Positions 43,393 to 54,758 are shown, numbered from the stretch's first letter. The stretch: DNA of 54,758 nucleotides from Cladosporium halotolerans (GCF_011745625.1 NW_027191513.1:1-54758); one strand, 5' to 3'. A program made the numbers and translations. Notes: a model not told the origin generated them from the sequence alone.

Positions 43393-44539
43393 AGAGGTGA
43401 AGAGGTTGATTGGCGACTCTGGAATGTTTGGAATGGCAGTATACTACGGCCACGAGAGCGAGGAGGAGAGGTGAAAATTGGCTGGTGAGACGAGAGGCCA
43501 ATTTCGATACCCAGATACAAATCACGAACACTTTTCATACTGTGCTTTTGCCACTTTTGCGATCACGCGGCCCTCAGCGGCCTCAGAGATACAAGATTGA
43601 ACGTCTTCAGGTCTCAAGAGCTAGTGCCGCTTAGGTTTGTGTAACAACTTACGCCGCCGACGGCATCCCACCCGTCTGCCGCCAGCTGATCCATACACGC
43701 GTCTCCAAGCTTGACCAAATGAATGCGCTATTTTAATCAAGTAGCAGTGACCCCACGCTCGACAATGCGTTACAGCGTCCTATTCAGGTGGGCTGGATCT
43801 TTGACGACTACGCCGGAAAGAGGTGGCTACCATTCCATAGACACACCTGATCTCGTTCGGGGTTCGGGCATCGCTGCATCGAACGTTAAACAACTTCCGC
43901 GGTATGCGTTGCCTAGAAGCTCCTCCGTCTTCAGTCGCCGAAAGCTGGCGGTCCTGGACCTCAAAGAAAAAGCTCAGATGGGCGAGACTCTGGTTCTCGG
44001 TCATAGACAACAGTGCATTAAACCTGTTAAGTGGAACTTCCGCCTCGTCAGTCTCGATTCATTATACTCTCGCCTTGGCATTGTGCCAGGACTCAAAAAC
44101 ACAAGTTGTCACGAACCAATTCGCAAGCAAGCGATCAAATGGTGACATTTACTCCTCCCATCTCCTCGATTCCACGAACGTTATCTTCACATACTTTAGG
44201 CGCTCGACAAAATCGCGCTGAGAAGCGATGGGCGCGCAGTTTCGACGCGATTGGCTTTCCAAACGATCAAGGCACGCTCCCGTACTTTGACATATTTTGT
44301 TCTGCAAGTGTATTCATCGAGAAGGAGTGCGGGCCATTGCTGCGTAGAAAGTGATAGAAATACCCGATAGTGTGGCTCTAGTCGGGCTACCGTACGACTA
44401 CCGTGCTATAGCCATTGCTTCCGCTCTCCAAATTCGTGGGGTGTCTGAACATTGTCACTGGATCCCCCAACTCTGACGTCTCTTCCACGGAACTTTACCG
44501 CAAAATTCATCGACAACCACGTAGAGGAACAAAAGGCTA

Positions 44540-45561
44540 GATGCTGAAAACCAGCGATGTACGTACTCGATCAATCCGCAGCACATGCATGTACATACGC
44601 CGCTTGACATAGAAGACGATGATATGGCCAACCACTTCGGTTACCAACCCTTGTCGACCCCGACAGCGATGTCGTACGCAATATGTCGCTTGGATCTGGC
44701 AAAATTGTCTAGGCAAATCACTGACAAACTTGCGCTGGGGCTTTTCGAAGGCAGGAAGCTACATTACGACCATATGCTGAGACTTGACAGCGGCCTTCGT
44801 TCTTCACTCGAGTGCATGCCAGAGTTCTTCCACTTTGGGACGCCCCATGACAAGCATACATCGCTTGGATTGGGAGCACGGACTCTTGTCTGGCAAAGGA
44901 ACATGTTTCACATAGGCTTCAATCTCTGATTTTGCCGTTTGCATCGAGAGATCCATCTTCGTGAGCAAAAGGGCCAAAGTTCTCATACTCTCATATCGTC
45001 TGCCTGCAGTCAGCTCGCACCATCCTCGAGATCAAACGGGTCATGGATGAAGAGTTTCCAGTCCTGATGCCCTCAAGCTCTGTGATTTGGTCCATCGTAC
45101 ATCATGTCTTCGTGGCTGCCGTGGTCCTTCTCGCGAATCCTTGCTTCAACTGGGACGAATTAATCGCTAAGACAAGAAAGGAAGAAGTCCTGGCCGCTTG
45201 CCGTTTATCAGCTCGCGCACACGAAACCTCAAACTTTGCTTGGATAGCAATCGACTTTATGATGGCAGTCCTTTGGAGACGCTGGAAGAGAAAAAAACAG
45301 AAGGCTATGAGGCAAGAAGGGCAACCTTTGTGCGCCACCCATGCTGACCGGGGCGAAGCCGTGATCTTTCCTCAACGAAATGTCACGAGGTCTGAATCTG
45401 GACACATATACCCTGCGCCGGCTCAATTGGATTCCTCGCAGACCCACCTCGATGATATACATTTGAAAGATTCCTGGATGACGATGTTACAAGAGATATA
45501 CCTCTGCCGACTTCGGAGAATTCAACTGGTCGGAACTGCTGGCCGACCTAGATACTACTGA
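44540..45561 (+). pseudogene. Degenerate fungal-specific (Zn2Cys6-type) transcription factor remnant
   Basis: TYSINPQHMHVHTPLDIEDD...PTAMSYAICRLDL...MPEFFHF...WQR, an in-frame TGA at 44927 before FCRLHR, a frameshift, then CLQSARTILEIK...IVHHVFVAAVVLL. Faint remains of a Cys cluster (LCNNLRRRRHP) near 43640 suggest the locus once began there. Confidence 0.7.
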
Positions 45562-45722
45562 CATCTCGAAATGATGAAGCGCGGAGCTCACCTTGCGAGT
45601 ATGAGAGCCGCAAAACGGGAATGTTGGAGGTGGTGTCTGCAAGAGATGCTCTGGGGCCCTTAAGGTAACTTCGAATCGGAAACACAAATTTCTCCATAGA
45701 TACAAAGTATCAAAAGCTAGAC

Positions 45723-47579
45723 CTATCTGTCCATCCATCGCTCCGCAATCATGTTTGAAGCCTTTTCTGCGATGCCGTATACACTACTCTGAATGTGCCC
45801 GCTCACCAACGCTGGCATGATACTCGCGTCAACCACACGCAAGCCCTCAACGCCGTACACTTCAAGTTCACTACTAACAACGCCACCCTTCTCCAGCGGC
45901 AACATGGCGCAGGTACCTATGGGGTGCCAGATGCTTGCCATGTTAGTCCGCGCGTAGCCGATCCAGTCTTCGTCAGTGACCACTTCTTCAAGGCCTGGTT
46001 CGTACTCGTCGACCCAGGCATAATTCATGGGTTCTGTTTGTGCGATCTTGCGCAAATACTTCGCAATCTCAGCTACGCCTTTCAAGTCATAAGGATTGCT
46101 CAGGTAGTCTGGGTTGAAGTTCGGCTTGACTCCGAAGTCGCTGCCCCGGATGTGCGAGCTACCGCGCGAGAACGGATGCTGTAGGACGCCGATCAGAGCG
46201 AAAAAACTTGCGCCATAGAGATCAGAGCCTTTTTCAGGGTATCCTTTGAGACCGAGGTAACCGTCGGAGAACAAGATTTCAACTTGTGGTACTTTTCTGG
46301 TGAGGTCTGCGAGATTCTGCAATTTCTTCAAGTCAATTGCGTTGGTCCTATCAGCTGTCGCATTGGCGAGTGAGACTAAGAAGGTATCGTTGTCAAGCAA
46401 TTGCTGCCATTGAAAGTATGCGTAACCGCTTGACGTGCTGTCGTACAGTCCGGTCTGGTTCCGCTCCCACAGCGCCAGTTGCTCAGCGGCGAAGGTCTGG
46501 TTGAACCGAAGGATGTCCGGAGTGGTATAATTGTCGCGGAGCTTGTACGTGTTGACGATGCGAACGTGGTCTTGGAGATTCTCTCCCACGCCAGGCAGAT
46601 CGATCTTTAGCTCCACTCCAGCAGCTTTGAGGACCTCTTGTCGGCCGACGCCGGAGAGCTCGAGCAGTTGCGGAGACTGAATGGTACCAGCGGAGAGAAT
46701 AATTTTTTTATTGGAATCAATGACGGTCCCGTCTTCGAGCGTGACTCCAGATGCTCGATTGTTGCAATCGAGGTTCACTTTGCGAACTTCAGTGTCAAGT
46801 AGCAGGTGCAAGTTGCTTGGCGCATCTGCCAAGTAAGAAGTGCTATAAGACCTGGTATAGTTGGACGGTTGAATATTGCTGGTGTGCCGCATATAGCCAA
46901 TCATACCGCCATCGAGATAAGCTTCCGTGTAATCGATGCCGAGATTCTGCATGACGGGGAAGAAGTGTTCTTGCTGAGGAGGAGAGAGTCGATTCACAAG
47001 GAAGCCGATCGGACCGTCTTCACCGTAACCGACAAGCGGAAATGATTTGTTCGTGTGCGAAGTGTGGTAATGCTCGGCGGAGCGCATGGCGGGAAACATG
47101 GATTCTGCATTCCACCCGAGATTACCGAGCTCTTCCCATGCATCATAGTCTGCGAACGTACCACGGTCCCATGAGAGGAGGTTCAGTGCAGAACTCCCAC
47201 CAAGAACACGGCCACGATTCTGGCTGATGACCCGACCGTTCGCGCCAGCTTGAGGGATGGAGGTGAAGTTCCAGTCGAACCCACTTCCGAGAGTAGACCC
47301 TTTGCGTCCCGGGATATAGATACCTGCTTCATTGCGGCCATCTGGACCAGCCTCGATAATGAGTACTGTACAGTTCACCAGTTGCTGGCTTAGACGTGTG
47401 CCGAGAGCAACACCGGCTGTGCCGCCGCCGACAATTATCTGTTTCAAAGTTAGAATCTGGATGCGTATCGGTACATACTGAGAGAAATCTTCACTTACAA
47501 AGTCATATTGTTCTTGTGAAACTGCTGAAACTGCAGCAAAGACTGCTAGTAGGGCTGAAAAACACTTGGTCGCAAGCAT
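45723..47579 (-). CDS. Secreted GMC oxidoreductase (AA3_2-like)
   Basis: Exons 47579-47499 and 47438-45723. Signal peptide, YDF|IIVGGGTAG, GRVLGGSSALN, SAGTIQSPQLLELSGVG, GVGENLQDH, catalytic WHPIGT and GHIQS. Confidence 0.93.
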   Translation of the reverse strand: MLATKCFSALLAVFAAVSAVSQEQYDFVSEDFSQYVPIRIQILTLKQIIVGGGTAGVALGTRLSQQLVNCTVLIIEAGPDGRNEAGIYIPGRKGSTLGSGFDWNFTSIPQAGANGRVISQNRGRVLGGSSALNLLSWDRGTFADYDAWEELGNLGWNAESMFPAMRSAEHYHTSHTNKSFPLVGYGEDGPIGFLVNRLSPPQQEHFFPVMQNLGIDYTEAYLDGGMIGYMRHTSNIQPSNYTRSYSTSYLADAPSNLHLLLDTEVRKVNLDCNNRASGVTLEDGTVIDSNKKIILSAGTIQSPQLLELSGVGRQEVLKAAGVELKIDLPGVGENLQDHVRIVNTYKLRDNYTTPDILRFNQTFAAEQLALWERNQTGLYDSTSSGYAYFQWQQLLDNDTFLVSLANATADRTNAIDLKKLQNLADLTRKVPQVEILFSDGYLGLKGYPEKGSDLYGASFFALIGVLQHPFSRGSSHIRGSDFGVKPNFNPDYLSNPYDLKGVAEIAKYLRKIAQTEPMNYAWVDEYEPGLEEVVTDEDWIGYARTNMASIWHPIGTCAMLPLEKGGVVSSELEVYGVEGLRVVDASIMPALVSGHIQSSVYGIAEKASNMIAERWMDR

Positions 47580-48530
47580 GTTCGCAGGAATTCGAGAATC
47601 AGCGTTCATCAATCGACGGAGAAGTCGCAAACCGCAAGTCACAAATCAACCTTGCAATGAAGCTGCCGCGTCACATATCTTTGGCACGTCGGCAGTACCC
47701 ACGAGCTTTTTAGATGCGACATACTTGATGCTAGCGCCTCAACATCACTCGCTTGATACCGTCGTCCTATTTCGCTTCTTCAAGAGTGACGGTGTTTCAT
47801 CCCGGTGTTGTGGAGAAATCATCAGGATCTACGGGATGAAGCGAGCTTAGCTGCGATAAGTTGTGGGGAGAGGAGGGGCGGCTCAAGCCCGGTGGAAAGG
47901 ACTTCAGGCTGCAAATCAGTGAGCCCGGATGCGGCGCAGGGTACACCGGCAAGCCAATGTTCCTTCCGCGAGGCTATTGAGGGCTATGGCAGTGACGGCT
48001 CGCCTGTTAGAATCGCCTTGGCCAAGGGTGATGTCGGATCTCGGGTTAATCCTGCTCGCAATCCCAACTTGCACTCGAGATTGGCCTGGGCGAAACCATT
48101 CACGAGACATTTGAGGCCAGTCATCCGAGATCTGATCATGTGGCGCCCGATCGCTCCTCAGATGCTAGCCATCAGAAACTTCGGAATGGGTAGACTTCAG
48201 TGAACAGATCTGAACTAGGCTCAGATTGATAACTTGGACGTGGAACATTTTTACAACACGATTTCGGGGCACCTCAGCTTTCTCTTGGCGCATTTCCTGC
48301 GAAATGGCTGGTCGAGATTTTGAGGTTACTGTGATCGAAAGGCTTGAGGTTGGCCTCAAGCGAGCGGCGTCACCCTACCTTAGACGATCCCGCGTTTATG
48401 CACCCGACCCTTTCGCTGACCATATGCGAAGGAGTGTCACATGGCGCCTAGGGGAAAGTTCTAGTACTTATTTGAGCCTCTATCGGTCCTAGGAAGTTCC
48501 CGAGCTCTTCTTATGATTGTAATTCTCACG

Positions 48531-49702
48531 ATGTCTTTCGGAAACCCGTGCGACCCATTACCCGAAGATGAGAACCTAGGGAGCCATCTCCTCATGACAG
48601 CCGCAATCCTGCTCGCGCCAACAATTTTAACGACAACTCTCAGGCTCTGGGCTCGTAAGAAGATTCCTGGATGGGACGACTTCACGATCGCCATAGTGGC
48701 AGTGCTGACCATCGCTCTGAATGTCTTGAGCATCTATGGCGTTCAGAATGGAAAAGGGCGGCACGTTTGTTTCCTGCAGAAGAAGCAGATCTTGAAAATC
48801 GGAAAATACAGCTGGACCAACCAGATAGTACTTTTCTGGGCTCGGTTTTTCATCAAAATGTCGGTCTGCCTTCTGATCTTGCGGGTCAAGAGAACAAGAT
48901 TCCTGCGGTTGGCGACTGTAACAATCATCGGTCCGATGGCAACGAGCACTTGCATCGCCTGTGCGGCTCTCATCGCAGAGTGCAGGCCTGTGTCTGCTTT
49001 TTGGGATCGACTTGAGGGAGAATGTCGGCCTCCGGATTTTCGGATCTACTCTATCTGGGTACAAGCTGGTAAGCCACAAAGTGACTGTAAGATGTCGATG
49101 TCCCTGGCGTTGCTAATAACTCCCATAGCTGTGTCAGTCGTAACTGATCTAGCATGTTCACTCCTACCTTTCTTCATCCTCTGCGATCTACAAATGCCTT
49201 TACGTAAGAAGCTTGCTGTCGGCGTGCTCATGGTACGCGGTACAATGTGAGTGTTCTATCGTGTGATCAACATGTCTCAAGCTGACAATTATCCAGTGCA
49301 TCTGTGTTTGCTATCCTGCGGGCCACCTCCTTGAGTCTGGAGACAAGCGACACTACTTGTACGCAGAGAATTTTTTTCTTGCACAATGAGCACCATCACT
49401 GATGCACATCTTTCACAGATGATTACACATTGACGGGCGTCTGGATGACACTCGAATCAAACATCGGCTTGATCGCCAGTAATATCGGTCCAACGTATGC
49501 ACTGGTCCGCTGGCGGAGATGGAAAGACGTGCCTTCGCACTACGGTACCTCTCGCCTCACCGGCCCACGTCAGTGCCGGTCGCGGCGCCGACGACACAGG
49601 GGACGACTACTCAGGTCGTCGTTTGTGCCTAAATCCAATTTCCAGACCACAGCAACCCGGAGAAGTCAGTGCATCTGCGAGCGTCAAGACGGTCAACTAT
49701 GA
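48531..49702 (+). CDS. PTH11-like (fungal rhodopsin-domain) membrane receptor without CFEM, possibly decaying
   Basis: Exons 48531-49068, 49129-49246, 49297-49358, 49419-49702. LRLWAR, GWDD, GKGRH, IKMSVCLLILR, ECRPVSAFWD, DLACSLLP, LQMPLRKK, WMTLESNIGLIA. Confidence 0.78.
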
Positions 49703-50182
49703 GGACGTCGCGCTTCGGACTCACGAATTCCAAGTCGCCCAGCCCAACAAATGACACAGTCACACTGTTTCGGGAATAGGCGAACTATTGAAAGGCCATA
49801 GGAGCAGCACCATCTGCATGCTTTGTAGACCCAACAAAATTTGCTGAGAAATTACCTCCTAGCTTGCTGGGAGCTGGCTTGAGGCGCTCGCAACAGTTGT
49901 ATCTCCTCTATTAAGTCTGTCATGCCAGTGTTTCAAATATTCATTGGTTATCAGAAGCCCCGAGAGGAATCATAGTGCAGCGCTACCTATTGCTTGCGGT
50001 CGCGCCCATGGAGAATCGGTCTGCAGCCGCATGATCACAGTACGAAGATTCCATCTAATATTACGAAATTTGCAAGATTGACAATGAACCCCATTGAGCC
50101 CGACGAGCCATAACCTCCCAACTCCAACCTAGAACGTTTACCGAGTTCCTCTTTAGATGAGAAGACGAGGGCGCCGGTATTG

Positions 50183-51805
50183 CTATACACCGCTGCCGTG
50201 ATCCTTTCGTGCTGGCCCTTCCGCGAACGCGAAATGCCCTTGATCTTTATTCGCACCGTCATCAATCGAGGCAAGTGCTTGCTGCCGCTGTTGGTCCATC
50301 AGCGTATCCTGGCCAACCCCATTCTGACACACGACGGCTACCTCGACCTCTTTTTGGATAGTCTGACCAAGGGCATGTTTCTCGGTATGATTGGAGCTTG
50401 CCTCGCTCCACGGCTTGATGTCATTCATCTCCATGTTCCCAACCATGCGCTCCTCGCTCTCGCTGAAGGTGACATTGGTCAAGGGGTTCGAGCTGACGCG
50501 GACACGAGCATTCTTAAGCCCTGAGCCGCCACCTCCACCGCCGACGGTGATGATACCATGGGGTGTCGAACTCTGCTTCTGTGTGGAGCGCATAGTGCTC
50601 ACCAAGGTGCTCACGTATGGCGCTACCAGTGCGTGGAACAGAGGGTAGACCATGGGCAGGTTTGTGGTGACCACAGCAACGAAGGTCTCGCGAACAGCCC
50701 ACGAGCCAGCCAGTTGAGCACCGTGAACTGGATCCTAGATGAGAAGACTGTCAGCCAGGAACTAAGGATTTACGGTGGTGGAGCGGAGTTGGTCTCACCG
50801 TGACGATAAGTGCACATCGTAGAATCGCGCAAGCGATGACGAATGTCCCACCTCCGAAGAGGAACATCAGGCCGGCCTTCTTGAGCGGTCGTATGGTCGC
50901 TTTCCAGAGCATAGGCAGCGGAATTGACAGCAGATACACGTCTGTAATGACGTTAAAAGCAAGGAAGACCCAGACGACTTGGCCAGAGATTGCCGGTTGG
51001 CAGACATCTGAGGTAATCTTTGGTCAGCATGGCGATCGCGAATTCTCAGAATGCCCACGTACTGCCCGGATCTGGGTTTATTTGCCAATTGCGGTGAAAA
51101 GGATGACAGCCGAGGAAGAGGTTGAGTATGATGACCATGTAGCTAACAGTCACAACGACGTAGCCAACATAAATCCGGATCTCGTAGTTCCGACCAAGTC
51201 CTGCCTGTAAAGAATCGTCAGCACGTATGAAGTCAAAGTGGGGAGATTGTGGCTTACAGTCAATCGAGTGTAAAACACCAGCAGCGATCCTTTGAGTGTC
51301 CAAAGCAATGTCCCGTAGGTGGTCCACCCAGCGAGCTGGATCTTGGAACCGAGTATGCTGAGCAGAAGGATTAGAAGGCTTGTCATGGGGCTGCATGCCT
51401 GATGGCTATTAGGGCTCACCGTAGTGCAAACTCCGGGCTTTCGGGGCTCAAGGCAGCGCGTTCAGCTGGCGTCATGCCATTGTTCGCAAGGCCATGAGCT
51501 GCGTTGCCCACAGAGTAGGCGAGGGCGGTTTCGACGGCGTAGCATACCTGAAGAAAATCATGTCAGTCTTGCATGCGTTCGACGAAGCCACAGGGCCGTC
51601 TTACCGCTGCGAACCACACCAGGTAGTCGTCGGCTTGGAGGCGCCGCAAGCCCACAGCCGACACTCGGGCATAGGTCCGGAGCGCTATGATTGTGATTCC
51701 GATGCCAAGGAGAGTGAAGGCTTCGATGTTGAACTGCTTCGCGGCGGCGGCGGCGGCGGCGGCCTGCGCCATCTGTTCCTGCGGTGTCGGGGCTGGCGCT
51801 GACAT
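50183..51805 (-). CDS. PTH11-like (fungal rhodopsin-domain) membrane receptor
   Basis: Exons 51805-51605, 51547-51420, 51357-51258, 51204-51063, 51007-50799, 50734-50183. LRTYAR, ADDYL, GLANNGMT, GSKIQLAGW, LKGSLLVFYTRLT, CHPFHRNWQINPDPG, DVYLLSIPLPMLW, WAVRETFVAVVTTNLP. A (GCC)7 poly-Ala tract lies at ~51741-51763. Confidence 0.9.
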
Positions 51806-52076
51806 TGTCGCTGAAGAGCATTCGGGTGCCGAAGAGAACGCTCGTCGCGACCATGTTGACGGCCGGCCATGGTTTTCCTTTCATACAGACCTATACATGA
51901 TCGACAATTATTACTATCGATACTATCGATAAGTCACCGGGATGTTGGTTAGCAGGCCGCTAATAAGACCGCGGAGACTCCCCGGCGGGCGCGGCGCCGC
52001 TGGAAACGCGTGTGGGGCCGGCTCAAGCGAGATGATTTTGGGGGTCCAAACGACGCTTCTGCGCCTTTCTGGAGCA

Positions 52077-52112
52077 GCGCGACGGGCGCGACGGGCGCGA
52101 CTGGCGCGACTG
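52077..52112. repeat. 9-bp tandem repeat GCGCGAC(G/T)G x4
   Basis: gcgcgacgg gcgcgacgg gcgcgactg gcgcgactg read directly. Confidence 0.9.
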
Positions 52113-52328
52113 GCATCGCGCGCGCAGGGGGAGCTGTCGCTACTGCACCAACACCCTGCACCTTGCGCGCCGGTTGGGACGCTCCGCTCAATGCTTAATA
52201 GATGATCTGAGGTGGAGGGGGTTGCGCGCCCCTCGGTGCTGGGCCGACAAAACACTCGACGGCCGCTGCTCTGCGATAAGATGTCTTGGGAGAATCCGCG
52301 GCAGTGAAACGACTGACGAACACCCGTG

Positions 52329-54379
52329 ATGGCCCAGACCGACGAGATGGAGAGCTTGGACTGTGTCGTCGTTGGCGCAGGTGAGTACACGGCCGTGCGC
52401 CAGATTGCTGCGTCTCGAAAGCGATAAGGCGACAGCAATCACACGCCGGGCTCGTCGCAGGGAAGATGTGCTGACTGCGCGCCTCGCGCTCGATCAGGAT
52501 GGTATGGTCTGGCGGCGGCGAAGCAGTATCACTGCACGCAGCCCGACCGGTCGCTCGCAGTGCTGGAGTCTGAAACGTCGCTCGGCGGCACGTGGGCCGA
52601 TCACCGCCTGTACCCTGGCCTTAAGAGCAACAACCTCCATGGCACCTACGAGTACCCCGACTTCCCCATGGACACACAGACCTTCGGTGTCCATCAGAAC
52701 CAGCACATCCCGGCACCCGTCATCAACAGGTACCTCAAAGCGTACGCCGACCACTTTGGCGTCTCCGCGCTCGTGCGCCTGCAGACGAAGGTCTTGGTGG
52801 CCGAACATCGAGACACGGCCGAAGGCGGATGGGTGTTGACTGTCCTCGACTCCAAGCAGCAGACATGCAAGCTCTACGCACGCCACCTGATTCTCGCCAC
52901 CGGGCGCACCTCCGACCCTTTCTTGCCGCACTTCGCCGGCCAGGAAGACTTTGGAGGCAGGATCTTCCACGGCAAGCAGTTCTTGGAGAACCGTGACACG
53001 CTGCAGACTGCCAAGGCTGTCACCATTTTCGGCGCCTCGAAGTCCGCATGGGACGCAGTCTACGCCTACGCCACGGCTGGCGTCACAGTGAACTGGATCA
53101 TACGACGTATGTTTCCAGACACCGGATGTACCAGGTCTTACTGACGATCAAACAGCTTCCGGCCATGGGTCATGCTGGATGTCACCGCCTTTCGTGACAC
53201 CGCTGAAGCAGTGGATCGAGATGCTCGCAAGTATGCTGACTGCACTCGGCTTGCTCCTTCCAGGTGCTAACGACGGCAACAGACACGCGCTTCTTGACCT
53301 GGTTCAGCCCGTGCATCTGGGGTGACGCAGATGGCTACACTGGCATCCGCAGATTCTTGCATGGCACTGCGCTTGGACGAGGAATCGTCAACACCTTCTG
53401 GAGCATCCTGGGGAACGATGTGATGACTCTCATGAAGTTTGACGATCATCCTGACACGGCAAAGTTGAAGCCAAAGACCCTGCCCATGTTTACTGGTGAC
53501 AGCTTCAGCATCCTCAATTACGACACCGATTTCATGGAGCTAGTGAAAAGCGACAAGGTCCAAATCCATGTTGCCGACTTCGATCATCTGAGCCCGGGCA
53601 AGGTGCACCTGTCCGACGGTACCGTCTTCCCCTCTGATGCCATGCTGGCCAGCACTGGATGGAAGCACGCGCCTCCTATGAAGTTCCTCCCCGAAGGTAT
53701 TGAGAAAGAGCTTGGCCTACCTCATCAGCCATCTGAGAAAGCTTCTTGGGAAGATCTCGCCAACCAGCAAGATCTGCTCGACAAAGCAGATCTTGAGATC
53801 TTCGAGCGCTTCCCGAGGCTCAAAGACCAGCCAGTGTGGAACAAAGACTACGTCCCAGTGACCGACTTGGCCGGTGTTGACAGCAATGACGCGATCACTC
53901 CCTCTAAGCCTGCCACCCCATACATGCTCTATCGATTTATTGTGCCTCCATCGGAACGCTTCATGCGCACACGCGACTTCGCTGTCGTAGGCATGTCTGG
54001 CAACTTTAGCAACACCATCTCCGCTCACATACAGGGACTTTGGGTGAGCGCATACTTTCTCGGTCGCCTCGCAAGAGATCCAGCTGCAGCAGTTGGCAAC
54101 GAGGCATCGATACATGATCTCCGGTATCAGACTCTGCTTCACAACCGCTGGGGCAAGTGGCGCTACCCGACTGACTGGGGAAATAAGGCGCCTAGCTTCA
54201 TTTTCGATGCTGTACCGTATCTTGACTTACTTCAGCGTGATCTCGGAGTCAAGCCACATCGAAAGGGTGGCGCTGTGGCTGAGATGTGGTCGCCATACAT
54301 GGCGAAAGACTACCGCACGATCAACGAAGAATGGGCGCGTGCGGCTCTTGGGGAGAAAGCTGCGATTGTATCCAGCTAG
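52329..54379 (+). CDS. FAD-dependent (FMO-like) monooxygenase
   Basis: Exons 52329-52380, 52498-53106, 53156-53230, 53283-54379. VVVGAGWYGL (FAD), LGGTW, LYPGLKSNN, ILATG, FGGRIFHGKQF (FMO-like fingerprint), FGASKSAWD (NADPH), LASTGW. Confidence 0.92.
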
Positions 54380-54688
54380 AGACATGGTGTACTTCGGAAA
54401 AACTACCATTGTTCAGGATTGGGACGTACCATTTGGGTGCAGCCGATCATTCTTGTCATTGGAACACACTAGCCCTGCCACTTCACCTTTTGATCCCGAA
54501 AGAAGTCAACCACGCCAATGGGCAAAGTCCTGAATCTACCACCTTGAGCCCACTAAAGCGCTCAATCATCTCCTGTCCATAGAGCTGTGCAATTCACTTC
54601 CAGTACGAATCCATAGAAGACCACTGATTGGTGATACCCCTCGCATTAGCGCGCTAACCCCAGTGATGTTGTTGGGTCGGTTCTTATT

Positions 54689-54728
54689 GGTGCGGTGCTG
54701 GTTTGGTTGGTGCTGGCTGGTGCTGGTT
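54689..54728. repeat. Low-complexity GGTG/GGTT/GCTG repeat
   Basis: ggtgcggtgctggtttggttggtgctggctggtgctggtt read directly. Confidence 0.6.
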
Positions 54729-54758
54729 CGACTTGATCTGTAAGTGGTTGGTAGTGGT

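Noticed and set aside
54725..54745. ACTTGATCTG resembling part of a fungal TPP riboswitch, and GGTTCGA resembling a tRNA T-loop
   Set aside because: No upstream CTGAGA or downstream GATAAT-CCAGCG, and no cloverleaf; the motifs sit in low-complexity sequence.
1..54758. CRISPR arrays, transposons, rRNA or tRNA genes
   Set aside because: No repeat-spacer arrays, transposase/RT/integrase motifs, LTR/TIR pairs or RNA gene structures were seen by eye; small ncRNAs could have been missed without cmscan or tRNAscan-SE.

Overview
This is eukaryotic DNA from a filamentous ascomycete. It is gene-dense with short GT-AG introns carrying CTRAC/CTAAY branch sites; a Dothideomycete origin is inferred, not proven. 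I can support 22 intact or partial protein-coding genes and 2 pseudogenes, and I see no rRNA, tRNA, CRISPR array or transposon. From left to right: (1) a co-oriented sugar/polyol-catabolism-like module (3' end of a dihydroxyacetone-synthase-type transketolase, an SDR, an STL1-like MFS transporter, a Zn2Cys6 TF); (2) lanosterol synthase ERG7; (3) an NRP1-like RNA-binding protein with two unusual introns; (4) a secreted M14 carboxypeptidase; (5) a tight YJU2-CDC16-SPO11-CAC1 block, with MCB boxes between SPO11 and CAC1; (6) a decayed Pls/PosA-like NRPS A-T remnant; (7) a PTS1-bearing acetoacetyl-CoA synthetase divergent from a Zn2Cys6 TF, then a caleosin and a second SDR; (8) GCP5, a GT15 mannosyltransferase and a Pmp3 proteolipid; (9) an accessory-looking right end (TF pseudogene, secreted GMC oxidoreductase, two PTH11-like receptors, FMO-like monooxygenase). 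The best candidates for new biology are the 394-nt NRP1 intron with a ~10-nt-periodic RCAU array and a stop-free frame, the transketolase-SDR-transporter-TF module, the Pls-like NRPS relic and several hairpin introns that resemble introner-like elements. Exon boundaries were read by eye, and family calls come from motif recognition without database searches.
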